DNA of 61,217 bases from an uncultured Verrucomicrobiota bacterium (GCA_964399775.1 CAYNSH010000008.1:1-61217); one strand, 5' to 3'. Counted from the stretch's first letter, positions 30,379 to 40,752 are shown. Numbers and translations: made by a program. Notes: a model not told the origin generated them from the letters alone.

Positions 30379-31101
30379 ATGAGTATCCGTACTTCTATGT
30401 TGACGGTCTGTTTTGTGGTCGGCTCAACCGGATGGCTTTCGGCCCAGGAATCCCCTCCCGTGCTGGCCCCCCGAATCGTCTGTGATCAGCCGGTTTTCGA
30501 ATTCGGCGAGCGGGAGAACACGGAAACCGTCGAACATCATTTTGTCATTCGCAACGATGGGGATCTGTCGCTGGAAATCCGCGGCGTGCGGGCGGGTTGC
30601 GGCTGTACGGCGGTGAAGCCGGATGACAGTATTGTCCCGCCTGGTGGTGAAACCAAGATTCAAACGCGCTTCAATTTGCGCGGGCGCAGCGGACAACAGA
30701 ACATGCGAATCACGGTCCAAAGCAACGACCCGCAAACGCCCACCCTGACGTTGCAATTGCGCGGCACGGCGCTGGAAGGCCTCCGCGCCCAACCGTCGAC
30801 GTTGTTTTTCGGACGCTTGAACCCCGATGCACCCCGAACCCGCACCTTTGAGATCCTGTCTGGCCGGGCACCCTTTCAAATCACATCGATACGTGCGGAG
30901 CAAGAGGGCCTCGTGGTTCGCCCCTTGGAGCCGGAACCCGGCGACGACAACAAGCGCTACCGCTTCGAGTTGATTTTGGATCACTCGCTCCCGGAAGGAA
31001 CGCTGAATACCCGCCTTGTGATTCAGACCGACGCCCCAGGGCCGTCCGAACTCACCATTCCCGTTGCCGCCTATCTGGTCCCGGCGCCCCCTTCGCCGTG
31101 A
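30379..31101 (+). CDS. DUF1573 (Ig-like) domain exported protein
   Basis: Signal peptide, FEFG, F.IRNDG..L.I..V.AGCGCT, VPPGGE, SNDP. Confidence 0.8.
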   Translation: MSIRTSMLTVCFVVGSTGWLSAQESPPVLAPRIVCDQPVFEFGERENTETVEHHFVIRNDGDLSLEIRGVRAGCGCTAVKPDDSIVPPGGETKIQTRFNLRGRSGQQNMRITVQSNDPQTPTLTLQLRGTALEGLRAQPSTLFFGRLNPDAPRTRTFEILSGRAPFQITSIRAEQEGLVVRPLEPEPGDDNKRYRFELILDHSLPEGTLNTRLVIQTDAPGPSELTIPVAAYLVPAPPSP

Positions 31102-31619
31102 ACGCGGAGCCGCAAGGTCGCCGCCGCGAGGTGACCCGACTGTTGGGCGCCTGTGCCGGCTTGCTGGCGCTGTCGGCGGCGGTTGGAAGCGCGGTGAACA
31201 CGGTCCGCCCCGGCTCCTCCCGATTGCCCTGGGTGGGCGACTGGGACCGGCACATCGAAACACTGGCCTTTCGAGCGGGCATTCCCGTCACCTTCCTCAT
31301 GGGCGTCCGGGACCGTCTCCGGGACCCTCACCTGGTGCTGTTCGATGCCCGGACGCCGGACGAATATGCGGCGGGGCATTTGCCGGGGGCGCTCTCCCTG
31401 CCCATACGCGACGTGGATGCACGAATCATCGACTACATTGATCGAGCCCGCATGGACTCGCCCATCCTGATCTATTGCGAGGGACTGGAATGCGAAGACG
31501 GCCTGGCCTTGGCGCTGAAACTGCGCGAATTCGGATTTGAAGACTTGACGCTCTATCCGGGCGGTTACGAGGAATGGATCGCCTATGGCGGGGTCGTGAC
31601 CCAGGGGCCCGCCCCATGA
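31098..31619 (+). CDS. Membrane-anchored rhodanese-like domain protein
   Basis: N-terminal TM, FDARTPDEYAAGHLPGA, IYCEGLEC, YPGGYEEW. Confidence 0.88.
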   Translation: MNAEPQGRRREVTRLLGACAGLLALSAAVGSAVNTVRPGSSRLPWVGDWDRHIETLAFRAGIPVTFLMGVRDRLRDPHLVLFDARTPDEYAAGHLPGALSLPIRDVDARIIDYIDRARMDSPILIYCEGLECEDGLALALKLREFGFEDLTLYPGGYEEWIAYGGVVTQGPAP

Positions 31620-32071
31620 ACCGAGATCGGCCGTTGTTTGGGTGGCTGGCACGGCTGGCCTTGGCGGCGGTGTTTCTTGCGGCCTGTATCGCCAAAATCC
31701 GTGACCCGGAGACATTCGCCCTGTCGGTCCATCGCTACCGCTTGCTGCCGGGAGGGATGGTGAATGCGGTGGCCATTCTGTTGCCGTGGCTGGAACTCAC
31801 CACCGGCATCGCCATTCTCCTGCCACTACGACGTTGGCGCGCGGCGGGCGCGCTGTTGCTGTTTCTCATGCTGGCCGTTTTCACGGGTGCGATCTCGCTG
31901 AATCTGGCCCGGGGCATCGAGGCCTCCTGCGGATGCTTTACCACGCGGGCCGATGCCGCCGTGTCGGATGCCTGGAATCTGCTGCGCAACGGCGCGCTCT
32001 TGTGGCTGTCGGCCATGGTATTTCTGGAAGCCTTCCGAGATCAATCCGGACAAACCGACGAACCATCGTGA
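31616..32071 (+). CDS. DoxX/MauE family membrane protein
   Basis: RLALAAVFL...AKI.DP..F, LPWLEL, RGIEASCGCF, LLRN. Confidence 0.85.
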   Translation: MNRDRPLFGWLARLALAAVFLAACIAKIRDPETFALSVHRYRLLPGGMVNAVAILLPWLELTTGIAILLPLRRWRAAGALLLFLMLAVFTGAISLNLARGIEASCGCFTTRADAAVSDAWNLLRNGALLWLSAMVFLEAFRDQSGQTDEPS

Positions 32072-33327
32072 GTTCCCGACTGCAATCCATCTTCGAGGTC
32101 TACGCGATGGGCGCCGGCCCATCAAGCACCCACAGCATGGGGCCGCAACGCGCCGCGCGGTTGTTTGTCGACTCCCTGCCAAACCCGCCCGCGCATGTGC
32201 GGGTGACGCTGTTTGGCAGTTTGGCCGCGACCGGTCGGGGGCACTGGACGGATCGAACCCTCGTCCGGACGCTGGATCCCATCCGCACGGAGGTGGCGTT
32301 TGATACCACCACCTCCCCGTTGCCCCACCCCAATACGATGACCTTTGAGGCCTTCGATGACGGCGGCCAGATCCTGAAAACCTGGACCGTCTGCAGCATC
32401 GGCGGCGGACATCTTCGGGAAGCCGATGGACGCGCCATCCCGGCAACGCCGCATCCGACGGAATATCCGGTGGGCAGTATCGACGAAGCCATGGACTACT
32501 GCCGATCCCGCAACCTCTCGTTCGTTCAACTGGTCGAGCAGGTCGAAACCAACCTGTGGCCTCGAATCGAACTCATTTGGAAATCCATGCGCGACACGGT
32601 CAAGCGCGGGCTGCACAGCAAACAGATCATTCTGCCGGGGACCTTGGAACTGGCCCGACGGGCGGGCACGACCTGGCAGCGGGCCCAGCGCCTGAAAGGA
32701 ACCCAACGCGACCTCGGCCTGGTGGCCGCCTTCGCCCTGGCGGTGGCCGAGGAAAATGCCGCGGGCATGCAAGTGGTGACGGCCCCTTCTTGCGGGGCGG
32801 CCGGCGTACTGCCGTCCGTGCTGTTCTTTTTCAAGACCATACGCCGGGTCCCCGCGCGGCAGATCCACGAAGCCCTGGCCACGGCCGGACTGTTTGGCGC
32901 ATCCATTCGCGCGAATGCCACCGTCTCCGGGGCGGAGGCCGGCTGCCAGGCGGAAATCGGTTCCGCCTGCTCCATGGCGGCGGCCGCCACGGCGCAATTG
33001 CTCGGGGGCTCCATGAACCAAATCGAATATGCCGCCGAGATGGCGATGGAACACAACCTGGGGCTGACGTGCGACCCGATCGAAGGCTACGTGCAGATTC
33101 CCTGCATCGAGCGCAACATGAACGCCGCCCTGCGGGCCATCGAGTGCGCAGCATTCACCTTGTTGACCGATGGGCGGCATCTCGTCAGTTTCGATGATGT
33201 GATCGAAGTCATGAATCAAACGGGCCGAGATCTTCAGTCCGCTTATCGCGAGACATCGACGGGCGGCCTGGCCCAGCTCTGGCGACGGGATATTGAACAG
33301 CGTCTCCGGCCGAGGCCGATGGCTTGA
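32068..33327 (+). CDS. sdaA: L-serine ammonia-lyase, Fe-S dependent, single chain
   Basis: GPSSTHSMGP, GSLAATGRGH.TD, SIGGG, EENAAG..VVTAPSCGAAG, GCQAEIG, LGLTCDP, IPCIERN, ETSTGGLA. Confidence 0.93.
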   Translation: MSSRLQSIFEVYAMGAGPSSTHSMGPQRAARLFVDSLPNPPAHVRVTLFGSLAATGRGHWTDRTLVRTLDPIRTEVAFDTTTSPLPHPNTMTFEAFDDGGQILKTWTVCSIGGGHLREADGRAIPATPHPTEYPVGSIDEAMDYCRSRNLSFVQLVEQVETNLWPRIELIWKSMRDTVKRGLHSKQIILPGTLELARRAGTTWQRAQRLKGTQRDLGLVAAFALAVAEENAAGMQVVTAPSCGAAGVLPSVLFFFKTIRRVPARQIHEALATAGLFGASIRANATVSGAEAGCQAEIGSACSMAAAATAQLLGGSMNQIEYAAEMAMEHNLGLTCDPIEGYVQIPCIERNMNAALRAIECAAFTLLTDGRHLVSFDDVIEVMNQTGRDLQSAYRETSTGGLAQLWRRDIEQRLRPRPMA

Positions 33328-34244
33328 GCGCCTCGACCAACAGCTTTTCCTGGTCGTTCTCACGCCATGAGACATTCCAAAGCTGCCTGAAACGCTACTA
33401 TTTTTCCTACTACGGAGCCTGGGGCGGATGGGCCCCCGATGCCCCGGCCACGACACGCGAGCTGTACCTCTTGAAGCGACTGAGCACCCGCCAGCAGTGG
33501 GCCGGGCGCCATACCCACCAGGCGATTGAATTCCTGCTCAAAACGGCGCGCAACGATTCGGATGGCGCCCCGGCCGCGACGGCCGGGCCGCGCCAAATCG
33601 ACCTGATGCGCCGGGAGTTCCGCGAATCACGCGCCGGGCTTTACCGGCAGAATCCCGCTCGCGTGCCGGCCCTGTTTGAGCATGAATACCATTTGGACTT
33701 GCCGCCGGAGGAGTGGAAATCCACCGTGGATCGTGTCGCCGAGGCCATCGGCAACTTCTTGCGCTCCGATATCTGGCAATTCCTTCGCTCCTTGCCGGAG
33801 GACGCCGTTCTGTCGGTGGAACAGCGTGCGCATGTGGTGCTGGATGGCCTCAGCGTGTTCGCCGTGCCCGACCTGGTTGTGCGCGATGGCGGCCGAATCC
33901 GGATCTATGATTGGAAGACGTCTCGAACTCCGCCCGCGCAACACCGCATGCAGGTCGGCATCTACGGCCTGTTGGCATCCCAAGAGTGGGAGGCGGACCC
34001 CGCGGCGATCGAGGCCATGGTGTACAACCCGCGCGAGGAAACGCGCGCCACATTCGCCTTCCATGCAGAAGAGATGGAGACACTGCGCGAGTTTATACGC
34101 GATTCGGCCGAGGAAATGCTGTTCCCCATGGAGAATCCGGAACAGAACGATCCGGGCGATGGTTCGAATTTCGATTGCACGGCCGACCGGGAAACCTGCA
34201 AGACCTGCTCATTCCTGCGCGTCTGCCCACGCTGGATCGGATAG
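33324..34244 (+). CDS. PD-(D/E)XK nuclease superfamily protein (RecB/AddB/Cas4-like)
   Basis: WSFSR...C.KRYY, PDLV, YDWKT, QVGIY, C-terminal CKTCSFLRVC. TTG start overlaps the sdaA stop. Confidence 0.85.
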   Translation: MSASTNSFSWSFSRHETFQSCLKRYYFSYYGAWGGWAPDAPATTRELYLLKRLSTRQQWAGRHTHQAIEFLLKTARNDSDGAPAATAGPRQIDLMRREFRESRAGLYRQNPARVPALFEHEYHLDLPPEEWKSTVDRVAEAIGNFLRSDIWQFLRSLPEDAVLSVEQRAHVVLDGLSVFAVPDLVVRDGGRIRIYDWKTSRTPPAQHRMQVGIYGLLASQEWEADPAAIEAMVYNPREETRATFAFHAEEMETLREFIRDSAEEMLFPMENPEQNDPGDGSNFDCTADRETCKTCSFLRVCPRWIG

Positions 34245-34304
34245 GTTGTATCGGCCAGCCAAATCGATGGCCGGGCGGAGATGCCGCCGCGCCCATGCTC
34301 AACG

Positions 34305-36284
34305 TCAGCGGCCCGATTCGTTCGTCAAGCTGTCGATTTCCCCGGTAGCCGGCAAGTCGGCTTCCGCCGCTTGACGCGCCATCCGGAGTTCCAGGCTGCG
34401 GATGTTTCGGCGACTGAGTACGCCAGCGACTCCATCCTCGATATTCTGCCGAAATACGTCGAGCGCCTCTTGGTCACGCCCCATTCGGCGGAGTTGGATG
34501 CCCAGTTGTTCGCGGTAGAAAACATGGCGCTGCTGGTAGGAAGCCGCCCGACGGATGTGTTCCAAGGCGCCCTCCGAATCCCCCCGGGCATTGAGCGCTC
34601 GCGCCAGGCCAAATTCGGCCGCCATATCCAACGGATTGCGCGCCAGCGCATCGCGGAAATGCCGCTCGGCCTCGGCCGCCAACCGTTGCCGCCCTTCGCG
34701 CTCGGCGTCAAGGTCCGGGTCGCGATACAGCAAGGACTGGGTGGCTTTGAAATGGCCCAGGTGGAGATGCGGCTGCCAGTTCAAGTCATCCCAGGCGATG
34801 GATCGGTGGTACAGATCCTCCAGGCCATCCCAATCCAAGCGGGTTCGCGCCATTTCACCACGAAGATTCCAGTAATAGGACATGCCCGCGGAAAGGGCGA
34901 TCCATGCGGCCAGACCGCACGCCACCGCCCCACCCATGGCGATGATTCGTCGCACATGTGCACGCGCGCCACTCCGTCGCAGAGTTCCATGTTCATTGGC
35001 ATACCAAACGCCCCATGCCACGCCGCCGACCCAAACCAGGGCATGCGGGTTGGGAAAGACATGGAAGTTGAAGTCGAACAGGGCATGAATCAAGTTCGCC
35101 GCCAACGCTCCCCCGGCCCCGGCCAGCAGGTAGGCTCCTTCGCGATGCCGCGAGGCGCGAATCGCCCGCATCAGTCCCCACACCAAAACGGCCAAACCTC
35201 CAAGCGCCAGGGCAAAACCGACCACACCGTACTCCAAAAGAAGCTGGATGTATTCGTTATGCGGGTAATTCCACGTCAGGTGCTCTTTTACGTGACGCTG
35301 GTAGGGCGGATACACCCAGAGATAAGATCCGCCTCCGAATCCCCACAAGGGCCGGTCTCGAAACATGGGCGGGGCATCGCGCCACATTTGCATGCGGATG
35401 CCACCCGCCGCCTCTGGATCCTCCAAAACATGGCCCATTCGTTCACGAACGGCCGGCAGGCTCTTCCAGGCGACCAGCCCCACTGCCCCCGCCAGGATAG
35501 GCGAGAGAACAAGCCCCAGCAGAAACCACTTTCGGCTTTTTCTCCACACCAACAAGAGAAGGCCTGCCGCCATGCCCCCCAGCATCCCGAGCCATGAACT
35601 GCGCGACTGAGTCCAATATAGGACGGGGCTGGCGACCACCAGAAAATAGATCGACATCAGCCGCAAGGGAAAGCCGGCCTCCGGGAGCGCCACAAGCACC
35701 AGGGCGAGCGGCATCAGCATGGCCAACATGTTGCCGAAGTGGTTGGGGCAGACGTAGGTTCCGCTGGCGCGCATGCCGTATTGCTCCGGACGCAGGGTCC
35801 ACAGGACCATCCGCGATCCATTGGCATGCTGGACCAACGCATAGAGCCCATTCATGGCCACCACCATCAACAGAATGCCCAACAACCATTTCCATCGGTG
35901 CGGCGCTCCGCCGAGTTGACAAAAGGAAAAGACGGCCGCCAGCAGGCAAAACCACCGCAAGCCCTCCCAGCGGGCCGTATAGGAAACCTCCACCCAGAAT
36001 ACACCGGCCGCCACGTATGCGCACAGGAGCGCAAGCAGCGTGAACCCAGGTGGAATTCGCCATGAGGGAGTGGCAGAAAACAGGAGGGGGCGTGCAAATA
36101 CCAGCATCGAACCCAGAAAGGACATGATCAACCCAGGGGCATAGCCCCATACCCGGGTCGAGCCAAGCAACCCCATCCCCCCCGTTGCAGGCCACATCAG
36201 CAAGATCAAGGCGACCGCATCGTAGAGCCGCTCCCCTCCCCTTACCCGCTCGACCGCCATTCCCGGGTACGAAGTCTCTGGCAT
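34305..36284 (-). CDS. O-antigen ligase/Wzy_C family membrane protein with C-terminal TPRs
   Basis: RASGTYVCPNHFG, TQSRSSWLG, R..MW, P.WGFGGG, HNEYIQLLLEYGVVG, HALFDFNFH, TPR tail. Confidence 0.88.
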   Translation of the reverse strand: MPETSYPGMAVERVRGGERLYDAVALILLMWPATGGMGLLGSTRVWGYAPGLIMSFLGSMLVFARPLLFSATPSWRIPPGFTLLALLCAYVAAGVFWVEVSYTARWEGLRWFCLLAAVFSFCQLGGAPHRWKWLLGILLMVVAMNGLYALVQHANGSRMVLWTLRPEQYGMRASGTYVCPNHFGNMLAMLMPLALVLVALPEAGFPLRLMSIYFLVVASPVLYWTQSRSSWLGMLGGMAAGLLLLVWRKSRKWFLLGLVLSPILAGAVGLVAWKSLPAVRERMGHVLEDPEAAGGIRMQMWRDAPPMFRDRPLWGFGGGSYLWVYPPYQRHVKEHLTWNYPHNEYIQLLLEYGVVGFALALGGLAVLVWGLMRAIRASRHREGAYLLAGAGGALAANLIHALFDFNFHVFPNPHALVWVGGVAWGVWYANEHGTLRRSGARAHVRRIIAMGGAVACGLAAWIALSAGMSYYWNLRGEMARTRLDWDGLEDLYHRSIAWDDLNWQPHLHLGHFKATQSLLYRDPDLDAEREGRQRLAAEAERHFRDALARNPLDMAAEFGLARALNARGDSEGALEHIRRAASYQQRHVFYREQLGIQLRRMGRDQEALDVFRQNIEDGVAGVLSRRNIRSLELRMARQAAEADLPATGEIDSLTNESGR

Positions 36285-36300
36285 GGCGTCCGGCCGAACC

Positions 36301-37254
36301 CTACCAGCGGCTGCGCTTCACCTCGATGATGTCATCCGGCTCCAGGATAATATCGTCTTGGGGATTTCGATCGAGACGGCGGGCATTTCGGATCGTCTTG
36401 ACGATCCGCCCACCCCGCTTGATTTCTACCCGACCGCTGGCAAATTCCGTATAACCACCCGCGCCGGCAATCGCCTGAGATACACGTGTGGAGGCCACGA
36501 TTTGGTAGCGCCCCGGCCCGCGAATTTCTCCTTGGACATAGTAGTAGCGGGTCGGCACATTGACATTGACCGACATATTGCGGTAGATGCCTTGTTCCTG
36601 ATAGATGCGACGAATATTGCGCGCCAATTCGGATGCGGTCTGCCCCTCCGCTACCACCTCGCCAATAAACGGCAGCGGGATCTGGCCAAACTCATCGATG
36701 ATGGCCTCGATGGCGTCGGCCGATGGAATTCCGCGTAAAAACACCTGCACCAAGTCGCCCTTCTTCAAGGTATAGGCTACACCATCTGCGGTAGAATCCG
36801 TCTCGCTCACGGACGGCGGTGGCAGGCTGGGCGGGGGCGGTTCCGGCGCGGCGGGAGGGACGGGCTGCGGCGCCACCGCGGGGGGTGGCGGGACAACCTG
36901 GACAGGAGGTTGGGAAGGCGCTTCGGGCACGACCCGGACAGGCGGTGGCGGGGGCTCTTCAGGACGGGGGGGAATCGGGCGCCGATCCAGCGGCGGCGGC
37001 TCGCGAGCAGGACGGCGCGGGGGAGGCGCGGGGGTCGGATCCGGTGCCGAGGCCGGCGGGCGCACTTCGGTTGCGGCGGGGGCAGGCTCGGAAGCCGGTG
37101 CCGGTGCCGCGGAATGCGTCTGTCGACTGCGCTCCGCCACCAACTCGGCATATCGATCGTAGATTCGCCGGTTGTGCGATGGCCTCTGGCATCCAGCCAT
37201 CAAACCCAGCGCCAAGCCCAGCCAGAGGATGGCACCTGCATAACGGCGTATCAT
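36301..37254 (-). CDS. Polysaccharide export protein (OPX/Wza family), short lipoprotein form with Pro-rich linker
   Basis: Lipobox LMAGC, YTLKKGDLV..IDEFGQIPLPFIGEV.AEGQT (Poly_export), YVQGEIRGPGRY..AIAGAGGYT (SLBB), LEPDDIIEV. Confidence 0.88.
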   Translation of the reverse strand: MIRRYAGAILWLGLALGLMAGCQRPSHNRRIYDRYAELVAERSRQTHSAAPAPASEPAPAATEVRPPASAPDPTPAPPPRRPAREPPPLDRRPIPPRPEEPPPPPVRVVPEAPSQPPVQVVPPPPAVAPQPVPPAAPEPPPPSLPPPSVSETDSTADGVAYTLKKGDLVQVFLRGIPSADAIEAIIDEFGQIPLPFIGEVVAEGQTASELARNIRRIYQEQGIYRNMSVNVNVPTRYYYVQGEIRGPGRYQIVASTRVSQAIAGAGGYTEFASGRVEIKRGGRIVKTIRNARRLDRNPQDDIILEPDDIIEVKRSRW

Positions 37255-37270
37255 CGAGTTCTCTTTCACA

Positions 37271-39391
37271 TCAAGCTTCCATCGCATTGTCATCCGGTTC
37301 AGATTCCTGCTTAGAACTACCATAATACTTCTTGGTCGTATAGTGGTAGTAGTAATAATAATCGTCGCGCATGATGTTGATGTTGTTCAACACCGAACCC
37401 ATGAGGCGACCGCCCGCATTCTCAATCATGCGCTTGGCTCGCAGGGAAATGATTTTGGGATATTTCCGGTATTGCACCACCAGCAGCACCCCATCGGCTT
37501 CGCCAGCAAGGATCGCGGCATCCGTCACGCCCAGAATCGGGGGGGAATCCAGCAGGATAAAGTCGTACTGGTCCTTGACGGCATTGATGGCGGCCCGCAG
37601 GCGCGGCGCATTCATGATGCCCATGGACCCCCGGCGCAACCGACCGCTGGGCATCATCCACAGATTGGGCACTCCGCTCTCCTGAATCACCTCTTCGGCC
37701 TTCATTTCGCCTGTGAGGACATTGACCAAACCCGTTCGGTTGTTCAAGCCGACCATCTTATGCTGCACCGGACGGCGCAAGTCGGAGTCGATGATCAGCA
37801 CACGACTGCCCTGTTCCGCACAGACATAGGCCAGATTGAAGAGGGTTGTCGACTTTCCTTCCCCCACACCGCCGCTGATGACGGCGAATGTTTTCTGATT
37901 CCCCTCCCGCGCCAGCAGCGCCAGGCTCGTCCGCAGAGATCGATAGGCTTCGCCCTGCCCACTGGAGGGGCCCGATTCCGTCAACGGCCGCGATTGCTGT
38001 GGAACCACTGCCAGAACCGGCAGGCCAAGGTACTTCTCCACCTCATCGACGGTCTTGATCGAAACATCGAGGTATTCCACGAAGAAGGCCAATCCCGTGC
38101 CGGCCATGAACCCCAGGACGACGCTCAGGAAGATGTTCAGCGGCACGATCGGACTGGAGGGGCGCGACGGCGGCTCGGCCTCTTCCACAATCCGCACCGT
38201 TGTACGAGGCACTTCCACCTCAATCCCGGTTTGGGTGATGCGGGCGCGCAGGGCCGTCAAGATATCCCGCTGGACGGATACATTCCGTTCCGCCCGATCA
38301 AAGGGCAAGTAATCCTCGGCTTCCGACTCGATGTCCGAAGTCTTGATGATCTGCAATTCCTCTTCGAGGGCCGTGAACTTCTGCAGGGCGACTTGATAAT
38401 CGGCTCGCAAACCGGCCTTCAGGCCGTCGAGGGCTGAAGTCAACTGCCGCCGCAGCTCCGCGACCGCCCCTTTCAGGCGCAACACGTCCGGATGGTTTTC
38501 CCCCATGACGCCAGTGTTCAACATGAGTTGCAGACTGACCTGGCTGTCGATCAACTGCTGACGAATCCCCATCAATACGGGGTCGGATACAATGTACGCA
38601 GCGGCATCCATCAGGGTGTCGCCATCCAATCCCTCCAACTGGTCTAGCCGGGCTTTGCGCACCAGCATTTCAACCCGTGCATTGCTGCGCTCGGCTTCCA
38701 GCATGTTCAACCGGGTCGCTTCCACGCGAATCCCCATGCCCTGCCGTCCGATGAGCGCAATCCCCCGGTCCTGGCGAATGCGCTCCAACTCGGCTTCGGC
38801 CTCTTCCACGCGCTCCTGCTGCATGCGCACCTGGTTGCTCATCGCATCGATGGCCCGCTGAATCTCCCGGCGCTTCTCGTTCAACCGCCGATCGCTGTAG
38901 ACATTGGCGATTTCATTGGCGATTTCCGCCGACCGTTTCGGATCTTCGCTCCGGACGCTGACATTCATCAGGGTTGTATCGCGATCCTGCTCCACCCGCA
39001 GACTTCGCTGCAAAATCTGCAGGGCCAGTTCCGGGGATATCGGCGACTTGTCCTCGTTGAGCTCCGCACCCCATACCCGCTGAAGATTCAAATTGCGAAT
39101 CACCTCCATCAGCACGGGCCGGGAGCGCATGATCTTTTCCTGGGTCATCAGGAAGAACGGGTTGTACCCCATCCGCGAAGCCTCGCGGGAGTAGAACGGA
39201 TCGACATCCAAGGCGTCTTCCCGGACTTCGAGTTGGGTCGTGGCCGTATATTTTTTGGGCATCATCAGGGTATAGGCCGTACCCGTCACAATGGTCAACA
39301 GCGCCACCGCGAGGATGACTTCTTTGCGGTCGCGAACGACTCGCCAATAGTCGAGGAAATGCAGTGCCGAGCTTTGGGATTCTTCTGCCAT
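37271..39391 (-). CDS. wzc: Polysaccharide co-polymerase / tyrosine autokinase (Wzc-like)
   Basis: Two TMs around a coiled-coil periplasmic region, EAYRSLRT, Walker A GEGKST, IIDSD, ILLDSPP, C-terminal Tyr cluster DDYYYYYHYTTKKYY. Confidence 0.93.
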   Translation of the reverse strand: MAEESQSSALHFLDYWRVVRDRKEVILAVALLTIVTGTAYTLMMPKKYTATTQLEVREDALDVDPFYSREASRMGYNPFFLMTQEKIMRSRPVLMEVIRNLNLQRVWGAELNEDKSPISPELALQILQRSLRVEQDRDTTLMNVSVRSEDPKRSAEIANEIANVYSDRRLNEKRREIQRAIDAMSNQVRMQQERVEEAEAELERIRQDRGIALIGRQGMGIRVEATRLNMLEAERSNARVEMLVRKARLDQLEGLDGDTLMDAAAYIVSDPVLMGIRQQLIDSQVSLQLMLNTGVMGENHPDVLRLKGAVAELRRQLTSALDGLKAGLRADYQVALQKFTALEEELQIIKTSDIESEAEDYLPFDRAERNVSVQRDILTALRARITQTGIEVEVPRTTVRIVEEAEPPSRPSSPIVPLNIFLSVVLGFMAGTGLAFFVEYLDVSIKTVDEVEKYLGLPVLAVVPQQSRPLTESGPSSGQGEAYRSLRTSLALLAREGNQKTFAVISGGVGEGKSTTLFNLAYVCAEQGSRVLIIDSDLRRPVQHKMVGLNNRTGLVNVLTGEMKAEEVIQESGVPNLWMMPSGRLRRGSMGIMNAPRLRAAINAVKDQYDFILLDSPPILGVTDAAILAGEADGVLLVVQYRKYPKIISLRAKRMIENAGGRLMGSVLNNINIMRDDYYYYYHYTTKKYYGSSKQESEPDDNAMEA

Positions 39392-39416
39392 GGGTGTCTA
39401 TCCTGATCCTTACATG

Positions 39417-39443
39417 TCCGGCGGGGCAAGAGGCCCCGCCGGA
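39417..39443. other. GC-rich intergenic stem-loop between the beta-barrel gene and wzc
   Basis: TCCGGCGGGGC-AAGAG-GCCCCGCCGGA, a perfect 11-bp stem. No U-tract, so not called a terminator. Confidence 0.55.
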
Positions 39444-39504
39444 TCAGCCATTGCTTGGGGACAGAAGGCCGCCGCAATCAGACGCCGCGGCCACCGTTGC
39501 CGCC

Positions 39505-40704
39505 TTAGAAAAGCTGGACTTTCCAGCCAATGTCGAACCGATTGCGGTCGTATTCCACCCGGTTGCGCACGTCGCTGTCCAGCTTCACGAACTGCCAGCC
39601 GGCCTCCAGCCAGTTGATCCGGCCCACCCGGTAGGCCAACCGGGCGCTAACGAGATAGGAGTTTTCATCCGCGTCTTCCAAGGTCCTATCCAGCGCATAG
39701 TCGGCTTCGTAGTTGCTCAACGTGAATCCCGAGCTCAGGTAGAAACTCAGTCTGGCGGTGAAGTCGTGCGCCAGGCTCAATGACAGGTAGGTGCGATTCT
39801 GGGCGAGATAGTTGGCCACATCCGACTCGTAAATCGAGTAGGAGGCGGCCGCGGTGATCCGCGTGGAGGGGCTCGGCAGGAACGTCAACGACGCCTCGCC
39901 ATACGGCTCGGTCTGGTCGTCATAGGCGTCCAACTCGTAGGTGCGCGCTTCCACGCCCGCCCGGAAGGTGCCGATCAGTTGCGGGACAAAGGTCTGCTCC
40001 AGGCCCAGGCCGGCAAAGATGCTTTCGGAATCGCGCTGGCGGCCTACGGCGGCTTCATCGTACGTTACCACTTGATAGCGCAGGTCCGCATTCACGGTGG
40101 TCAGGCTCGCCAGTTGCTGGCGCACGGTCAACCCGCCGACAATCGTGTAGTAGTTGTTGTCCTCTTCGGTATCCGCATCGTTCAGGTAGCGGACCATCAC
40201 GGAGCGACCCGACAGGTCGATACGCGTGGTCGGCTGGATCCGGTACGACAAGGTCGCGAAGAAGGAGTTGACCAGGTTGTCGTCGTTGCTGCGGACGAGA
40301 TAGTCGCCGTCGACCAACTCCGGCAGTTGGCTGTAGCGAAGAGTGTCACTCAGGGACAAGGTCAACGAAGGGCTGAAGTTGTGGATGAAATTCACATCCA
40401 GGTTGTGCAGGAAGTCAATATCGTCTTCTTCGCGGTCGGAGTACCAGATCACGGACGGCTGGTAGCGCAGGCCCAAATACGTCCGCTGCAGATTGAGGTT
40501 CACCATCAACTGGAGTTCTTCAATGATGCGGAAACTGTCTTGCTTCGGATGGGCAGCCGAGTCATCCCCCTGGTACACATTGTCGTCATAGCCAATGCGC
40601 AACCGATTGAAGAGATGAATGGGTGCCGTGTTCGCCGCCTGCAGAGCCGGCACGGTCAACGCGAACATCAGGCTCGCAACGATAAGAGTTTGAATCAGTT
40701 TCAT
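39505..40704 (-). CDS. Outer-membrane beta-barrel protein, polysaccharide-export associated
   Basis: Signal peptide, GYDDNV motif, alternating aromatic beta-strands, YDRNR..IGWKVQLF with terminal Phe. Confidence 0.85.
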   Translation of the reverse strand: MKLIQTLIVASLMFALTVPALQAANTAPIHLFNRLRIGYDDNVYQGDDSAAHPKQDSFRIIEELQLMVNLNLQRTYLGLRYQPSVIWYSDREEDDIDFLHNLDVNFIHNFSPSLTLSLSDTLRYSQLPELVDGDYLVRSNDDNLVNSFFATLSYRIQPTTRIDLSGRSVMVRYLNDADTEEDNNYYTIVGGLTVRQQLASLTTVNADLRYQVVTYDEAAVGRQRDSESIFAGLGLEQTFVPQLIGTFRAGVEARTYELDAYDDQTEPYGEASLTFLPSPSTRITAAASYSIYESDVANYLAQNRTYLSLSLAHDFTARLSFYLSSGFTLSNYEADYALDRTLEDADENSYLVSARLAYRVGRINWLEAGWQFVKLDSDVRNRVEYDRNRFDIGWKVQLF

Positions 40705-40752
40705 GCCCGTTTTCCTTTTATGCTTTGACACTCGTTGTCGCTCACTCGACCA

